From the UHGV virus genome UHGV-0171787: a stretch of DNA of 64,000 bases. One strand, written 5' to 3'. Positions 9,927 through 20,327 of this stretch are shown here, piece after piece. A model generated the notes under the pieces. That model was not told the DNA's origin, ran no database searches, and saw only the letters and a program-made list of their open reading frames with translations. Source of the stretch: a virus. Every line of letters starts with the position of its first letter. Positions within the stretch are counted from its first letter, which is position 1. Both the position numbers and the translations under genes were made by a program.

Positions 9927-10730
9927 TTGGCTATTGAAACTAATGCGGTAGTAGTTACCGACTTAAACCCTCTCTATCCTCGTGATAGAGATTATATCTA
10001 TGAAGGTGCAGCCCAGCTGCGCCTAGTTAAACAGGTATTACAGAACACGTTCCCTAATTTGACAGAACCTATGACTGTTAATTCTGATACGCTAGCCGCT
10101 ATCTCTGATAAGATTTCTTTTGCTGGAGATTATATGGACGTTGGTGGTCTAATGATTAAGAATGGTACAGCAGGTACTGGAAATAATGATTTTACAACCA
10201 AAGCTCAAATGGAAGCTTTTATGCTTAACTGGATGCAAAACAAGATTTACAGGGTTGGGTCTTATTATATCACTGAGGAAGATATCAATCCGGGAGATTC
10301 TACATCTCTAGGGTTTGGTATCTGGACAGCTGTTACTGGTGTTATTATGGGTGCCGGGGTTGTGAATCCTGATGGGACAGTCCCTAATGCTCAGCGTGTG
10401 GAGTTTACTGCTGGTGCTACTGGTGGTCGTGTCTACAACACGATTAAGACGGAGAATCTGCCATTGACCACAATCTCTGGTTCTAGTTTCTCTCTTTCTA
10501 ATTATACACACACCCATACAACAACGTTTGGACGAGGTGATGCCAGTGGTCACAACAGCTCTCCTAACTGGTACAGTCCGGGAAGCGGTTATTCTGCTGT
10601 AACAAGCTCTGATACCCACACCCACTCTATTACGGGCGAAGCAACATTTGGTTATGATGACGTATCTCGTCAACCCATAAATACGTTACCACCTTTCCGT
10701 GCAGCATATATTTGGAGACGTATCAGCTAA
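9927..10730 (+). CDS. putative tail fiber / receptor-binding-like protein
   Basis: 267 aa, G/T/S-rich with HTHTTTF and DTHTHSITG His-x-His motifs. Confidence 0.4.
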   Translation: MAIETNAVVVTDLNPLYPRDRDYIYEGAAQLRLVKQVLQNTFPNLTEPMTVNSDTLAAISDKISFAGDYMDVGGLMIKNGTAGTGNNDFTTKAQMEAFMLNWMQNKIYRVGSYYITEEDINPGDSTSLGFGIWTAVTGVIMGAGVVNPDGTVPNAQRVEFTAGATGGRVYNTIKTENLPLTTISGSSFSLSNYTHTHTTTFGRGDASGHNSSPNWYSPGSGYSAVTSSDTHTHSITGEATFGYDDVSRQPINTLPPFRAAYIWRRIS

Positions 10731-10739
10731 GGAGGAAGT

Positions 10740-13697
10740 ATGGCTCTCTACCCAATAAAATCTTTGGGTGCGGTTGGTGTTATTGCCGACCAATCTCCTA
10801 CAGATCTGGCTCCTAATGCATTCACTAATGCAATCAATGCTCGGTTTGTAGAACAGCGTGTGTTTAAGACGGGGGGCTCTGCCCCTCTTTCTTACGTTGA
10901 GAGTGATAAAGGAATAAAACCATTATCATTCACTTCAATGCCTTTTGACTACTTCAGTGCTAACAACAGTTTCTTGCTGGTAGGTACAGATAAGAGTATT
11001 TTTAGGCTAAATAATGAATCTATGATTGATGTTAGTCGAAGAGTGGCCACAGTCACCAAAAAGGCTGTGTCTTACATTAAGATAAACCCTGTGCTAACAG
11101 AGATTGTCCCCAAAGAAACATCTGTCATTATGAGTTTTAATGAAAGCAAAGTTCTCGAGGTATCTCTTCTTCCAGAGGGTGTTACTACTCCATCTCTTGT
11201 GTGGGAAGTTAGCAATCCTTCTTATGGTTCAATACTAGTTGACCCTGACGATAACAAGAAGGCTACATTGAGCGTCTTGTCTAATGAGGGAAGCTTCACT
11301 GTCACCATCTCTAATGAAGAGGAATCTGTTACTGCCAGTATTTCCGTAAAAGTTGTTGATTCGGATTCTGGTATATTTCTTAACCGAGACTCTGTCCAAC
11401 TCCGGAAAGGTGGGACAACTACCCTTACAGCAACAACAAGTAAGACCCCTCTAACATGGACTTCTTCTAACCCAGCCATTATCTCTGTAGCGCCTAATGG
11501 TGACACTACTACCGCAGTGTTAACCGCTCAAGGAGTAGGTAATGCACTGATAACTGTAAGCAACGGGTCTAAGACCTCAGAATGTTCTGTTAGCGTTATT
11601 AATCAGATTGACAGTATATCTTTGAGTCAAACAGACTTACAAATTAACCGTGGGACGTCTTATGTCTTATATGCTAGCTTGACCCCATCAAATGCTGCAA
11701 ATCAGAAAATAACTTGGACCTCCTCTAATCCAAATGTTGCCACTGTTTCAGGAACTAGCCTTCAAGGAACTATCTCTGGACTCACAGCTGGGTTTACAGT
11801 TATAACAGCAACTACGGAAGAAGGCGAGAGGACAGCCACCTGTAATGTCAGGGTTGAGTTATCAAGCAGGACTCTTTTTGCTGCTGCATCGGCTCCTCCT
11901 GAAGAGTCTAGTTCTACGGATTCAGATATTGACACCTCAGCTATGTCAGAGGGGAACTCTTTTTATGACTACTCTATGGTTGATGGCGTTGAAGCCTATT
12001 CAATAAATGAAGTCATGTCTAGATCAACTCAGCTTGAATCCTTAACTCTTGATATTGTGGATACTGAAATTGATGTTGGGGATGAGTTAGTAATAACTGC
12101 AACGGCAGCCCCTGAAGGGGAGTATCTTTATAGTTGGGTGGTAGACCAGCCGGGGTACATATCCTCTACTTCCACTACCGAGCCTTCCTTTACTTTAACT
12201 GCAATTAAGACTGGCAAAGTGAAGATAACCTGTACTGCTAGTCAAGTAGCTCGTAGAGATTATGAAGCGTTTGAAGAATACCCTTGGTATAATACCATCA
12301 TCTCTAACTGTGCAGTGTTCACTACTCACTATGAAACACCTCAAGTAAAAGAGTTTGCCTCTGAATACTTCACAGATCTTCCGGGGTGGGGAGAGCAGAC
12401 GATAGTTGATGCTAATGGGAACCCTTCTGTTGTAAAATATAACTGGAAGTGCGAAAGGATTCGTGCATTCAATAATCGCCTATTTGCTCTTAATATGCGA
12501 GAGTCTAATGCATCAGGGGTTACTACTCACTACCCTCTTCGACTTCGCTGGTCTAACTATGCTAATGAGAACAAGGCACCTACCTTGTGGGATGACTTTG
12601 CTTATGACAGATATGTGACTTCAGATTTAGCAGCAAATGTTGTAGGTCAAACTGAGGCTCTAGAAAATGGATATGCCGGATACATAGATTTAGCTGACTC
12701 AAACGGTAGCTTAGTTGAGATTCTTCCTCTTAAGGATTATCTATTTATCTATACGGAGTTTGAGACTTACATTGGATCCCCAACTAACAACACATATCAA
12801 CCTCTAATGTTCAAGAAGCTCTTCAATGATTCTGGAATCTTAGCACCTGAGTGTGTGGTTGAAGTTGAGAGTGGTCACTTTGTTGTTACTCAGAATGATG
12901 TTATTCTACACAATGGTGCAACTAAGAAGTCTATTGCATCCAACAGGGTCAAGAATATGCTTATCAACGAGGTGTGTTTAGTAAACCCTTTAGCCACTAA
13001 GGTTCACCTACATCAAGATAAGAAGGAAGTGTGGATTCTCTATGTTGGACCCGGAGAACCCGCTGGGAGTTTTGCTTGTACAAAAGCTGCCGTATGGAAC
13101 TACGAGTTTGATACATGGTCTTTCCGTACAATCCCATTCTCTCATTGCATTGGTTTGGTGGATCCTCCGACTTTAGAAAAAGGTCCTACTTGGGTTGATT
13201 TCCAAGAGTACACTTGGGATGATCCCTCAATCAATGAACTTGTGTGGAGAAAGGATTCTACTAACTTCCGTCAGAGAGTCACTGTAGTAGGTTCTTGGAT
13301 GAAAGGCTTTTACCAAGTAGATGTAGGTCCTTATGACTACTCATATGATAGGTTGAATGACGTTGTTGTCAAGAAGCCATTAGAGATGAGATTGGAGAGA
13401 ACTGGTATAGACTTTGACAATGTAACTAACGAGTGGAATCAGAAGCACATAAACAGGTTCCGCCCACAAGTAACAGGGTCAGGTACATACATATTCCAAG
13501 CGGGTGGTAGTCAGTATTCTGACCAAGAAGATAGACACATTCATAGTGAAAAGTCTTATACGATCGGTGTTGACAGACATATAGGTGTCCGACTGAACCA
13601 TCCGTATCTATTCTATAATGTTATAGATAATGATGTTAACAGTAATGCAGCTATCAATGGACTAACTATTGAGTTTGCTGTTGGCGGGCGAAGATAA
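10740..13697 (+). CDS. large virion protein with Ig-like (Big_2) domains
   Basis: 985 aa with several Big_2-like segments (for example VQLRKGGTTTLTATTSKTPLTWTSSNPAIISVAP...). Confidence 0.5.
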   Translation: MALYPIKSLGAVGVIADQSPTDLAPNAFTNAINARFVEQRVFKTGGSAPLSYVESDKGIKPLSFTSMPFDYFSANNSFLLVGTDKSIFRLNNESMIDVSRRVATVTKKAVSYIKINPVLTEIVPKETSVIMSFNESKVLEVSLLPEGVTTPSLVWEVSNPSYGSILVDPDDNKKATLSVLSNEGSFTVTISNEEESVTASISVKVVDSDSGIFLNRDSVQLRKGGTTTLTATTSKTPLTWTSSNPAIISVAPNGDTTTAVLTAQGVGNALITVSNGSKTSECSVSVINQIDSISLSQTDLQINRGTSYVLYASLTPSNAANQKITWTSSNPNVATVSGTSLQGTISGLTAGFTVITATTEEGERTATCNVRVELSSRTLFAAASAPPEESSSTDSDIDTSAMSEGNSFYDYSMVDGVEAYSINEVMSRSTQLESLTLDIVDTEIDVGDELVITATAAPEGEYLYSWVVDQPGYISSTSTTEPSFTLTAIKTGKVKITCTASQVARRDYEAFEEYPWYNTIISNCAVFTTHYETPQVKEFASEYFTDLPGWGEQTIVDANGNPSVVKYNWKCERIRAFNNRLFALNMRESNASGVTTHYPLRLRWSNYANENKAPTLWDDFAYDRYVTSDLAANVVGQTEALENGYAGYIDLADSNGSLVEILPLKDYLFIYTEFETYIGSPTNNTYQPLMFKKLFNDSGILAPECVVEVESGHFVVTQNDVILHNGATKKSIASNRVKNMLINEVCLVNPLATKVHLHQDKKEVWILYVGPGEPAGSFACTKAAVWNYEFDTWSFRTIPFSHCIGLVDPPTLEKGPTWVDFQEYTWDDPSINELVWRKDSTNFRQRVTVVGSWMKGFYQVDVGPYDYSYDRLNDVVVKKPLEMRLERTGIDFDNVTNEWNQKHINRFRPQVTGSGTYIFQAGGSQYSDQEDRHIHSEKSYTIGVDRHIGVRLNHPYLFYNVIDNDVNSNAAINGLTIEFAVGGRR

Positions 13698-13702
13698 TAA
13701 CA

Positions 13703-13733
13703 AGGGAGCTTCGTGCTCCCTTTTCTTGTTTAT
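13703..13733 (+). terminator. rho-independent terminator
   Basis: GGGAGC-UUCGU-GCUCCC hairpin followed by a T-run. Confidence 0.5.
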
Positions 13734-13747
13734 TATAAGGAGGGTCT

Positions 13748-14716
13748 ATGGGTGCTGGTGGCTTTCGTAAGAATACCGGAAGAAACAACACAACACAACC
13801 TTACAGTGTGGGCTTTCTAAACACCTCTGAGAGTGTAGAAACTAACAACGTTGCAATATATGATGAACTACAGAACATTAGCACTGCAACTAACCAAATG
13901 TTCCAAGCTATAGATGAAATCCATGAGGAGATTGATGTTCGTATTAAAGCTCTTCATGCTATGAATTTACAATTTGATGAATTAGAGAATCGTGTTACGA
14001 CAGAGATTGAGACTGCCATCGCAGATATTATAACACAAATGGGTAACCTATCCACCGATGATATTTGGGATAATTCAGTTAGTCCTCCTGTTAAGTTAGA
14101 TTCAACTATGTCTGGTATTAAGACTTCTATAGAAGGTAACACAGCATCTATACAGACTGTTGAAGGGATTGTTAATGATCAAGGACAAGAGATTGCCCTT
14201 ATCCAATCTGACCTGACGAACGGAACAGGTAGTGCATCTCAGTATATGAAGCTCACTGAGTACGAGGCTACTTGGGGCGTTAACTCCACGGTGAATGGTA
14301 AGACAGCAGGGGTAAAACTGACAAATAATGGTTCTACAAGCCAATTCCAAGTCACTGCTGATAAATTCCTTGTTTCCGATGGCACATCAGGGAGTACTCC
14401 TTTTAAAGTAGTTGGTGGAAGGGCAGTTATGGAGTTTGCTGATATTACTAACGTTGTGATAACAACTGCTCAGATAGCAACAGCTAGGATTCAGTGGGCA
14501 CAAATTGATAACGTTAGCATAACAAATGCACAGATTACAAGTTTGTCCGCTGATAAGATAACAGCTGGGTCAATGTCAGGAACTAATTGGCGTCTTACGG
14601 TTGGTGGTGATTTTGTTTTGGGTAGGACTTCTAGTTCTCAGCTTTGGATGAATGGTAGTCGTATCGACTTCTATGATGCAAGTGGTACTCTTCGTATTAG
14701 AATAGGGAGTTGGTAA
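13748..14716 (+). CDS. putative tail protein
   Basis: 322-aa ORF in the structural module with a helical N-terminus and beta-rich C-terminus; stop overlaps the next ORF. Confidence 0.45.
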   Translation: MGAGGFRKNTGRNNTTQPYSVGFLNTSESVETNNVAIYDELQNISTATNQMFQAIDEIHEEIDVRIKALHAMNLQFDELENRVTTEIETAIADIITQMGNLSTDDIWDNSVSPPVKLDSTMSGIKTSIEGNTASIQTVEGIVNDQGQEIALIQSDLTNGTGSASQYMKLTEYEATWGVNSTVNGKTAGVKLTNNGSTSQFQVTADKFLVSDGTSGSTPFKVVGGRAVMEFADITNVVITTAQIATARIQWAQIDNVSITNAQITSLSADKITAGSMSGTNWRLTVGGDFVLGRTSSSQLWMNGSRIDFYDASGTLRIRIGSW

Positions 14717-14717
14717 T

Positions 14718-15752
14718 ATGGCGTATGGAATATGGACAACGCCAGTCGGACCGGGACCAGCTTCTCCGGCTGAGCTTTTTATTGATAGTGATTCTACTTT
14801 CCCTCAATTCAAGAACAGGGTTAGTGGTAATTACAACTTTAATGGGGGTAGTAGAGATTTCCCTATTTCTGGATGGGATGGCTCAGGCCAAATCGTTGTA
14901 GTCCCCACCGGCTCTTTGTGTTGGCAATGGGAAGTCCCTCCTAATCTTGTCCCTGATGTGTATGTTGTAAACAATATCAGTATTGTAAATAACTCAACTT
15001 TCAGGGTTAGTATAAACATGAATCCCGGAAGTAATCCACTGTTTGACGTGGCTTTCAATGTATACCAAATATGGCCTAGAGCCAATAGAAACTATGGTAT
15101 AACCTTTTCAAACACAGCTGATTACTTCTCTATATCAGATGCTGGAGTTGTTGGTCAATGTATTTGGGCTTGGGAAGGAAACATTAATGGCTCTATGCAA
15201 ATACCAGCAATCAGTGGTTTTGATATGTCTAGAGCTTCAGTGTTTGCTAACTGGTCTGGAGGACAAGGTTTACTCTATGATGCTGGGAGTCGTAATATCA
15301 GGGTTTACCAAAACAGAACCTATGATAACGGAAACAACAACCAAACAGGAACAATTAATAATGTGAGAGTTGCAGTGTTCTGTAACGGGGCTGGTGTTCC
15401 TACTCACAATGGTGGATTAAACATATATTCACCTAATGGTTCTCAGTGTGTATTTTCTACTTACAGAACACCTTTTATGGTTGATCGTTTTATGGCTATG
15501 AGTGGAGGGAATACTGGACTTACATATCCTATGATACCTCTGACGAACGGGGCAGGTTCTATTAGGGGTCAGGCGGGGAGTTGGTATTTCCAACATGCTA
15601 GATCTCATACGATGAACGGCTCTTCTTTTGGTACAGGGTATGGTCGATATATGTTCCAGTGGGATAGAAACTACGATATGGGTGGTGGTGGGGCTATCTC
15701 CCTTCAGATTCCAGTCCTAGATGCTAGGAAGATTTTTAGAAGCATACAATAA
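14718..15752 (+). CDS. putative tail protein
   Basis: 344-aa N/G/S-rich ORF in the structural module. Confidence 0.45.
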   Translation: MAYGIWTTPVGPGPASPAELFIDSDSTFPQFKNRVSGNYNFNGGSRDFPISGWDGSGQIVVVPTGSLCWQWEVPPNLVPDVYVVNNISIVNNSTFRVSINMNPGSNPLFDVAFNVYQIWPRANRNYGITFSNTADYFSISDAGVVGQCIWAWEGNINGSMQIPAISGFDMSRASVFANWSGGQGLLYDAGSRNIRVYQNRTYDNGNNNQTGTINNVRVAVFCNGAGVPTHNGGLNIYSPNGSQCVFSTYRTPFMVDRFMAMSGGNTGLTYPMIPLTNGAGSIRGQAGSWYFQHARSHTMNGSSFGTGYGRYMFQWDRNYDMGGGGAISLQIPVLDARKIFRSIQ

Positions 15753-15761
15753 GGAGAACTT

Positions 15762-16544
15762 ATGGCAATTAGAATGGGTATAGAAGAATTAGACCCGATG
15801 GTTCAACAGGCTTCAAAGAAGTATGGTATACCAGCTGCTTTGATTCATGCTGTAATTCAAAGGGAGTCTAGTGGTCGTCCTAAGGTGGCTTCCGGAACTG
15901 GTCCTGTTGGTTTGATGCAGATCAGTAAAGGGTTAGCTAAAGATTACGGTTATAAACTAGAAGATAGGCTTGACCCAGCTAAGAATATCGACATGGGTGC
16001 TCGCTATATCAGAGATAACCTTAAAGCTTTTAATGGTGATGTTAAGAAAGCAATGGTTGGTTATTCAGAAGGTATTGGTGGAGCTAAGCAGATGTTCGCT
16101 GGTAAAAGAGGGTTTACTCCTCAGGCTCTCGACTCTATGAATAATAAGCACTTCCTTCCTTTCTACGGTGATGCAGCTTCTCAGATTGCTAACCCTATTG
16201 GAGCTTTACAAGCTATCCAACCAGTCAACCAGTTTAATCCTGACTTACTAGACAGAGAGAAAGCTGCACAAGCTCCAACTCAGGCGGAGATTGCTGCTTC
16301 TAAGACAGGAGCTTTAGGAGGTAATCCGGTAGAGTTTTACTCTGATGAAGTGCAGGAAGGGGAAGATCAGAAGCCTCAACAGAACTTTGGTAATGCAGTA
16401 TTAGGAGTAGCTGCTATGCTTGCTGGTAAACCTCCTACTTCTCAAACAGTTCAGAGGGCAAGTGCACCACATGCAGCAGGTTCTCAGTACAGTCCACAAA
16501 CACAAGCAGTGCTTAGACGTTTGGCTAGCATTGGTGTAAAGTAA
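15762..16544 (+). CDS. virion-associated lytic transglycosylase (SLT domain)
   Basis: Motif AVIQRESSGRP...GLMQIS...GARYIRD matches the SLT catalytic region. Confidence 0.7.
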   Translation: MAIRMGIEELDPMVQQASKKYGIPAALIHAVIQRESSGRPKVASGTGPVGLMQISKGLAKDYGYKLEDRLDPAKNIDMGARYIRDNLKAFNGDVKKAMVGYSEGIGGAKQMFAGKRGFTPQALDSMNNKHFLPFYGDAASQIANPIGALQAIQPVNQFNPDLLDREKAAQAPTQAEIAASKTGALGGNPVEFYSDEVQEGEDQKPQQNFGNAVLGVAAMLAGKPPTSQTVQRASAPHAAGSQYSPQTQAVLRRLASIGVK

Positions 16545-16563
16545 TAATCTTTAAGGAGGACTT

Positions 16564-17616
16564 ATGTCTTTATTTGGAAAATCAGCTTCTAGCAAAACCA
16601 CAGTGGCCCCTTCCTCTCAGGTTGATGCCCTGCTGAAGCAGATTGTTGCTAATGCTCAGAAGATGCAGAACAACGATCAGGGATTCATCTCCCAACAGCT
16701 GGCTGGGTTTAATAACAATCAACAAGGTGCTCTGAACAACTTATCAGCTTCTACAACTCAGAAGCAACTGGCTGACATGTACACACCTCGTACACAGCAA
16801 GGGCTGGACCAACTTAACTCTCTTGCTCAACAGTATCAGAATATTGTCAATGGTGGTGGAGTGACAGCCGAGGGGGTTAATAACTTTAGTAAAGGGTTAA
16901 ATAATTCTGCTCTTGCTCAAGCAACTAGTAAAGCAGCTTCTAATGTATCTCTCGGAAATGGTTCTGACTCAGGTTCTCTCCGTAGAGCTGCTGCTCAGGG
17001 TGCTGCTCTGAACGGTGCTAATACAAACTTAGCTCGTACTATCAGTGGTAAGAATATGGGAATCAGTGCCCTGCAACAAGACCAGAACTTCCAGAGAGGT
17101 TTGCTTGGTGCTCAGTCTGGTCTAGCTGGACAGAATCTCAATCTTGGTGCTCAAGGTGTTCAGGCAACTCAACAAGCTATTCAGAATCAACTTATGGCTG
17201 GCAATCTACAACAGCAACAGGCTCAAGCACAAGCTGATATCAATTGGCAGAACGCTATTGGTTCTCAGCAGTACGGATGGAATCAGCTTAACAACCAACT
17301 TAATGTATTAAATAGTGTAAGCCCAATGGCTGGATATACAATTAAGAATGCCGCTCCGGGCGTTAACGTAGGACAACAGCTCCTAGGTGCTGGTATCACT
17401 GGTTTAGGTATTGCGGGTCGTATGGGTGCTTTCTCTCCTAACCAACAGACTCAGAATGCTTGGAGTTCATATAACAACTCGGGTGGGCAATCTGGAATGG
17501 CTGGTCCTATGATTGGAGGTTCTAATCTTTCTCAACAGAGGGGTCAGTCTAACTGGTTATCCACGGCAGGGAGTAATATCTTAGGTGGGGTCTTGGGGGC
17601 ATTTGGAGCAAACTAA
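16564..17616 (+). CDS. Q/N/G-rich low-complexity virion (internal) protein, paralog 1
   Basis: 350 aa starting MSLFG...SKTT, sharing GFNNNQ..ALNNL and a Gly-rich C-terminus with the next ORF. Confidence 0.45.
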   Translation: MSLFGKSASSKTTVAPSSQVDALLKQIVANAQKMQNNDQGFISQQLAGFNNNQQGALNNLSASTTQKQLADMYTPRTQQGLDQLNSLAQQYQNIVNGGGVTAEGVNNFSKGLNNSALAQATSKAASNVSLGNGSDSGSLRRAAAQGAALNGANTNLARTISGKNMGISALQQDQNFQRGLLGAQSGLAGQNLNLGAQGVQATQQAIQNQLMAGNLQQQQAQAQADINWQNAIGSQQYGWNQLNNQLNVLNSVSPMAGYTIKNAAPGVNVGQQLLGAGITGLGIAGRMGAFSPNQQTQNAWSSYNNSGGQSGMAGPMIGGSNLSQQRGQSNWLSTAGSNILGGVLGAFGAN

Positions 17617-17628
17617 AGGAGAATATCT

Positions 17629-18597
17629 ATGTCACTTTTTGGTGGAGGCGGAAGTAAAACTACTTCCCAAATGATTCGCCCTGAATACATTCAACAGTAT
17701 ATTGACCAGCTTAATAAGCAGATTGGTAATACTAGTTCAGGGGATTATGTTTATCGAGATAATGTAGGGTTTAATAACAATCAGACAGAGGCACTTAATA
17801 ACCTAGCACAATCTGGCGCTTTAGGCACTCTCTCACAGCAATATATGGATGCAGCAGGTCAAGGCTTGGGTTATCTAGATAATGCCTATAAAGGCTATCA
17901 GAGCCTCTCTGGACAAGGTGGGATTACTGGAGAACAAATTGGTGCTCTCGCTGGTCAACTGTATGATGATGATGCTGTGCAAGCAGCTATTACAGCTAAT
18001 AACGAGCAGGTTCAACAGAACTTGGCACGTAATGCTCTTCCTCAATTAGCTCAACAGTATGCTGGTCAGCAAGGCTCAGGTGCTCGTATGGCTAAATCTT
18101 TTGCCCAAGGTGATGCTCTGAATCAGATGCAAGGGCAAGCAACAGATATTACCAACAGTGCCTATAACTCTGCTATCAACCAAGCTGAAAGCATTCTCTC
18201 TGGTAATAGACAGAATCAGGCAGCTGCTCTCTCTGGTCTTTCTACTATTGGTTCTAACCTTTCTAACCTAGGTCAGCAGGGTGCTAATTTGTCTCAACAG
18301 CAAATAATGAATCAATGGAATGCAGGGTTGCAGCAACAACAGCAACAACAGAATGAATATGATAATGCCTACCAGAACGCTCAGAACGCAGCTAATTGGG
18401 GATGGCAAGATATCAACAACCAACTCGGTGCAGCAGGTGTACTTAACGGTGCTCTCGGACAAACTACAACTACTAAAACATCTGGTGGTAGTGGTGGCTT
18501 CTTAGGTGGGGCCATGAGCGGTGCAGCAGCAGGCTCTGCGTTTGGGCCTTGGGGTGCATTAGCTGGGGGTGTAATCGGTGGGTTGGCTAGTACTTAA
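17629..18597 (+). CDS. Q/N/G-rich low-complexity virion (internal) protein, paralog 2
   Basis: 322 aa starting MSLFGGGGSKTT; same motif set as 16564..17616. Confidence 0.45.
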   Translation: MSLFGGGGSKTTSQMIRPEYIQQYIDQLNKQIGNTSSGDYVYRDNVGFNNNQTEALNNLAQSGALGTLSQQYMDAAGQGLGYLDNAYKGYQSLSGQGGITGEQIGALAGQLYDDDAVQAAITANNEQVQQNLARNALPQLAQQYAGQQGSGARMAKSFAQGDALNQMQGQATDITNSAYNSAINQAESILSGNRQNQAAALSGLSTIGSNLSNLGQQGANLSQQQIMNQWNAGLQQQQQQQNEYDNAYQNAQNAANWGWQDINNQLGAAGVLNGALGQTTTTKTSGGSGGFLGGAMSGAAAGSAFGPWGALAGGVIGGLAST

Positions 18598-18610
18598 TTA
18601 GGAGATAAAT

Positions 18611-20260
18611 ATGCAACAGACAACTTACGCTCAGGTCAGAAGTCGTGACCCGAGAAATACTTTCTATGGTGTTAATCCGGGAGCGGCTTCGGCCTCTCCT
18701 TATATGGCTAGACCCGTTCAGACAGCAGATATTTCTATGTATCAACGACCTGCTGTACCTGCTGGGTTATCTGCTCTAGTAGGTCAGGCTTCAGTTGATC
18801 ATCAGAATATGTTAAATCCTGTTCAGAGTAATGGTCTTCCTTCTGACATTCCGAATGATGTACAACCTCAAGCACAACAGGCTGTAACTCTTCCTGAGTT
18901 TGAGAATCAAGAAACCATGCAAGCTGCTGGGCTTTCTCCTTCTTCTATTCCTCCAGAATCAGAACCTCTTCCGGTAACACCTCCTACTAAACCGTTAGAA
19001 GCTGGTCCTATGGAGTTTACTCCTTCTCAGGTGGAACAGGCACAAGGTGTGGTTAACACTCTTGCTCAAGGACAAGACACTGGTGATGGGATGGCTGCTG
19101 CTACTCGCGCTAAAGATCAAGAGCGTGTTAACAATGATATCTTGCAAGTTGCTAAAGCTAAAGACCCTTCAGAAGCTTGGAACAAGCTACAGAAAGAGCC
19201 ATTCTATCAGAACTCTAGTTTCTATACAGGTTTGATGGGTGTAGGTCTTTCCATTATGTCAGGTAAATCCCCTATCGAAGCTTTCCAAATTGGTCAGGGA
19301 ATGGCTAATCAAGATGAGACTAAGAAGCAATTGGAAGCTAACCGTGATGCATTGGTTGAGCAAGGTTTCTCTCAAGACTCTATTGCTGCTGCTATTGCAA
19401 GCGGTGACCCTTCTCTTCTGAAGATGAAAACTAAAGACCCACTCCAACAGGAGGCTCTGTATGCTGCTCGTGAAGAACGACAGAATGCTGAATGGGATAG
19501 ACGTCAACGGATTCAAGAGCAGACTATGCGTGAGCGTGCTGATGAGACTCGTCGTGCCGCTGAAGAAAGGGCTAACCTGAACTTTGAACGTCAGAAAGAG
19601 TTGATTGGCTTCCGTGATAAGGTTAAGGCTGAACGTGCTGAACAAGCTGCTCAGAGTTTTAACTTTAACCCGAAAGAAGTTCGTCTTGCTCAGAACACAG
19701 CTGAAGGTACAGTTGCTAAGCAGTGGGCGGAGAAAGGTGGTCTATTTAATCAATCCAACAAAGACTTGGATTTGGCTGACAAAGCAGTTAAAGATAAAGA
19801 TTATCAGACAGCTCGTTCTGCTTACATGCAGGCTATCATGAACTCCGCAAGGGCTGAAATCGGTGCTACTCGTTCACTTACTGAAGAGGACTTGGGACAC
19901 TTCGCAGAAGACCCGTCGGTCTTTGTTCGTGTTGGCAACAAGTTTGCACTGAAGTCTGGATGGCGTCCTACTGATGCTGCTCTTTCTTATGCTCGTAAGC
20001 AAGCTAACGTTGGTCACACCTCTGCAATGAAAGGTGTTGCTGATGCTAAGAAAGCGACAATTGAAGCTTACATCGGTTCTGGTATGGATAAGAAGAGAGC
20101 TACTGCATTGGTTAACCGTGCAATTCCTTCTGGTGGTTTCTATGACCCTCTAGGTGTTTTCTCTGAGCAAGCGGAAGAATCTGTTGGGGGTGCAGCAACC
20201 AACCCTAAGCTTAATGGTGCTTTATCAGCTGTCGAAGACACTAGCTGGTTCACTCAATAA
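18611..20260 (+). CDS. putative internal virion protein
   Basis: 549-aa ORF in the structural arm with a P/Q-rich N-terminus and charged helical C-terminus. Confidence 0.45.
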   Translation: MQQTTYAQVRSRDPRNTFYGVNPGAASASPYMARPVQTADISMYQRPAVPAGLSALVGQASVDHQNMLNPVQSNGLPSDIPNDVQPQAQQAVTLPEFENQETMQAAGLSPSSIPPESEPLPVTPPTKPLEAGPMEFTPSQVEQAQGVVNTLAQGQDTGDGMAAATRAKDQERVNNDILQVAKAKDPSEAWNKLQKEPFYQNSSFYTGLMGVGLSIMSGKSPIEAFQIGQGMANQDETKKQLEANRDALVEQGFSQDSIAAAIASGDPSLLKMKTKDPLQQEALYAAREERQNAEWDRRQRIQEQTMRERADETRRAAEERANLNFERQKELIGFRDKVKAERAEQAAQSFNFNPKEVRLAQNTAEGTVAKQWAEKGGLFNQSNKDLDLADKAVKDKDYQTARSAYMQAIMNSARAEIGATRSLTEEDLGHFAEDPSVFVRVGNKFALKSGWRPTDAALSYARKQANVGHTSAMKGVADAKKATIEAYIGSGMDKKRATALVNRAIPSGGFYDPLGVFSEQAEESVGGAATNPKLNGALSAVEDTSWFTQ

Positions 20261-20327
20261 GACCTAAGTCCTGCCTTCTATAATGTATATAGGGGGTAGG
20301 ACATTTTTATTTATAAAAGGAGACGTT

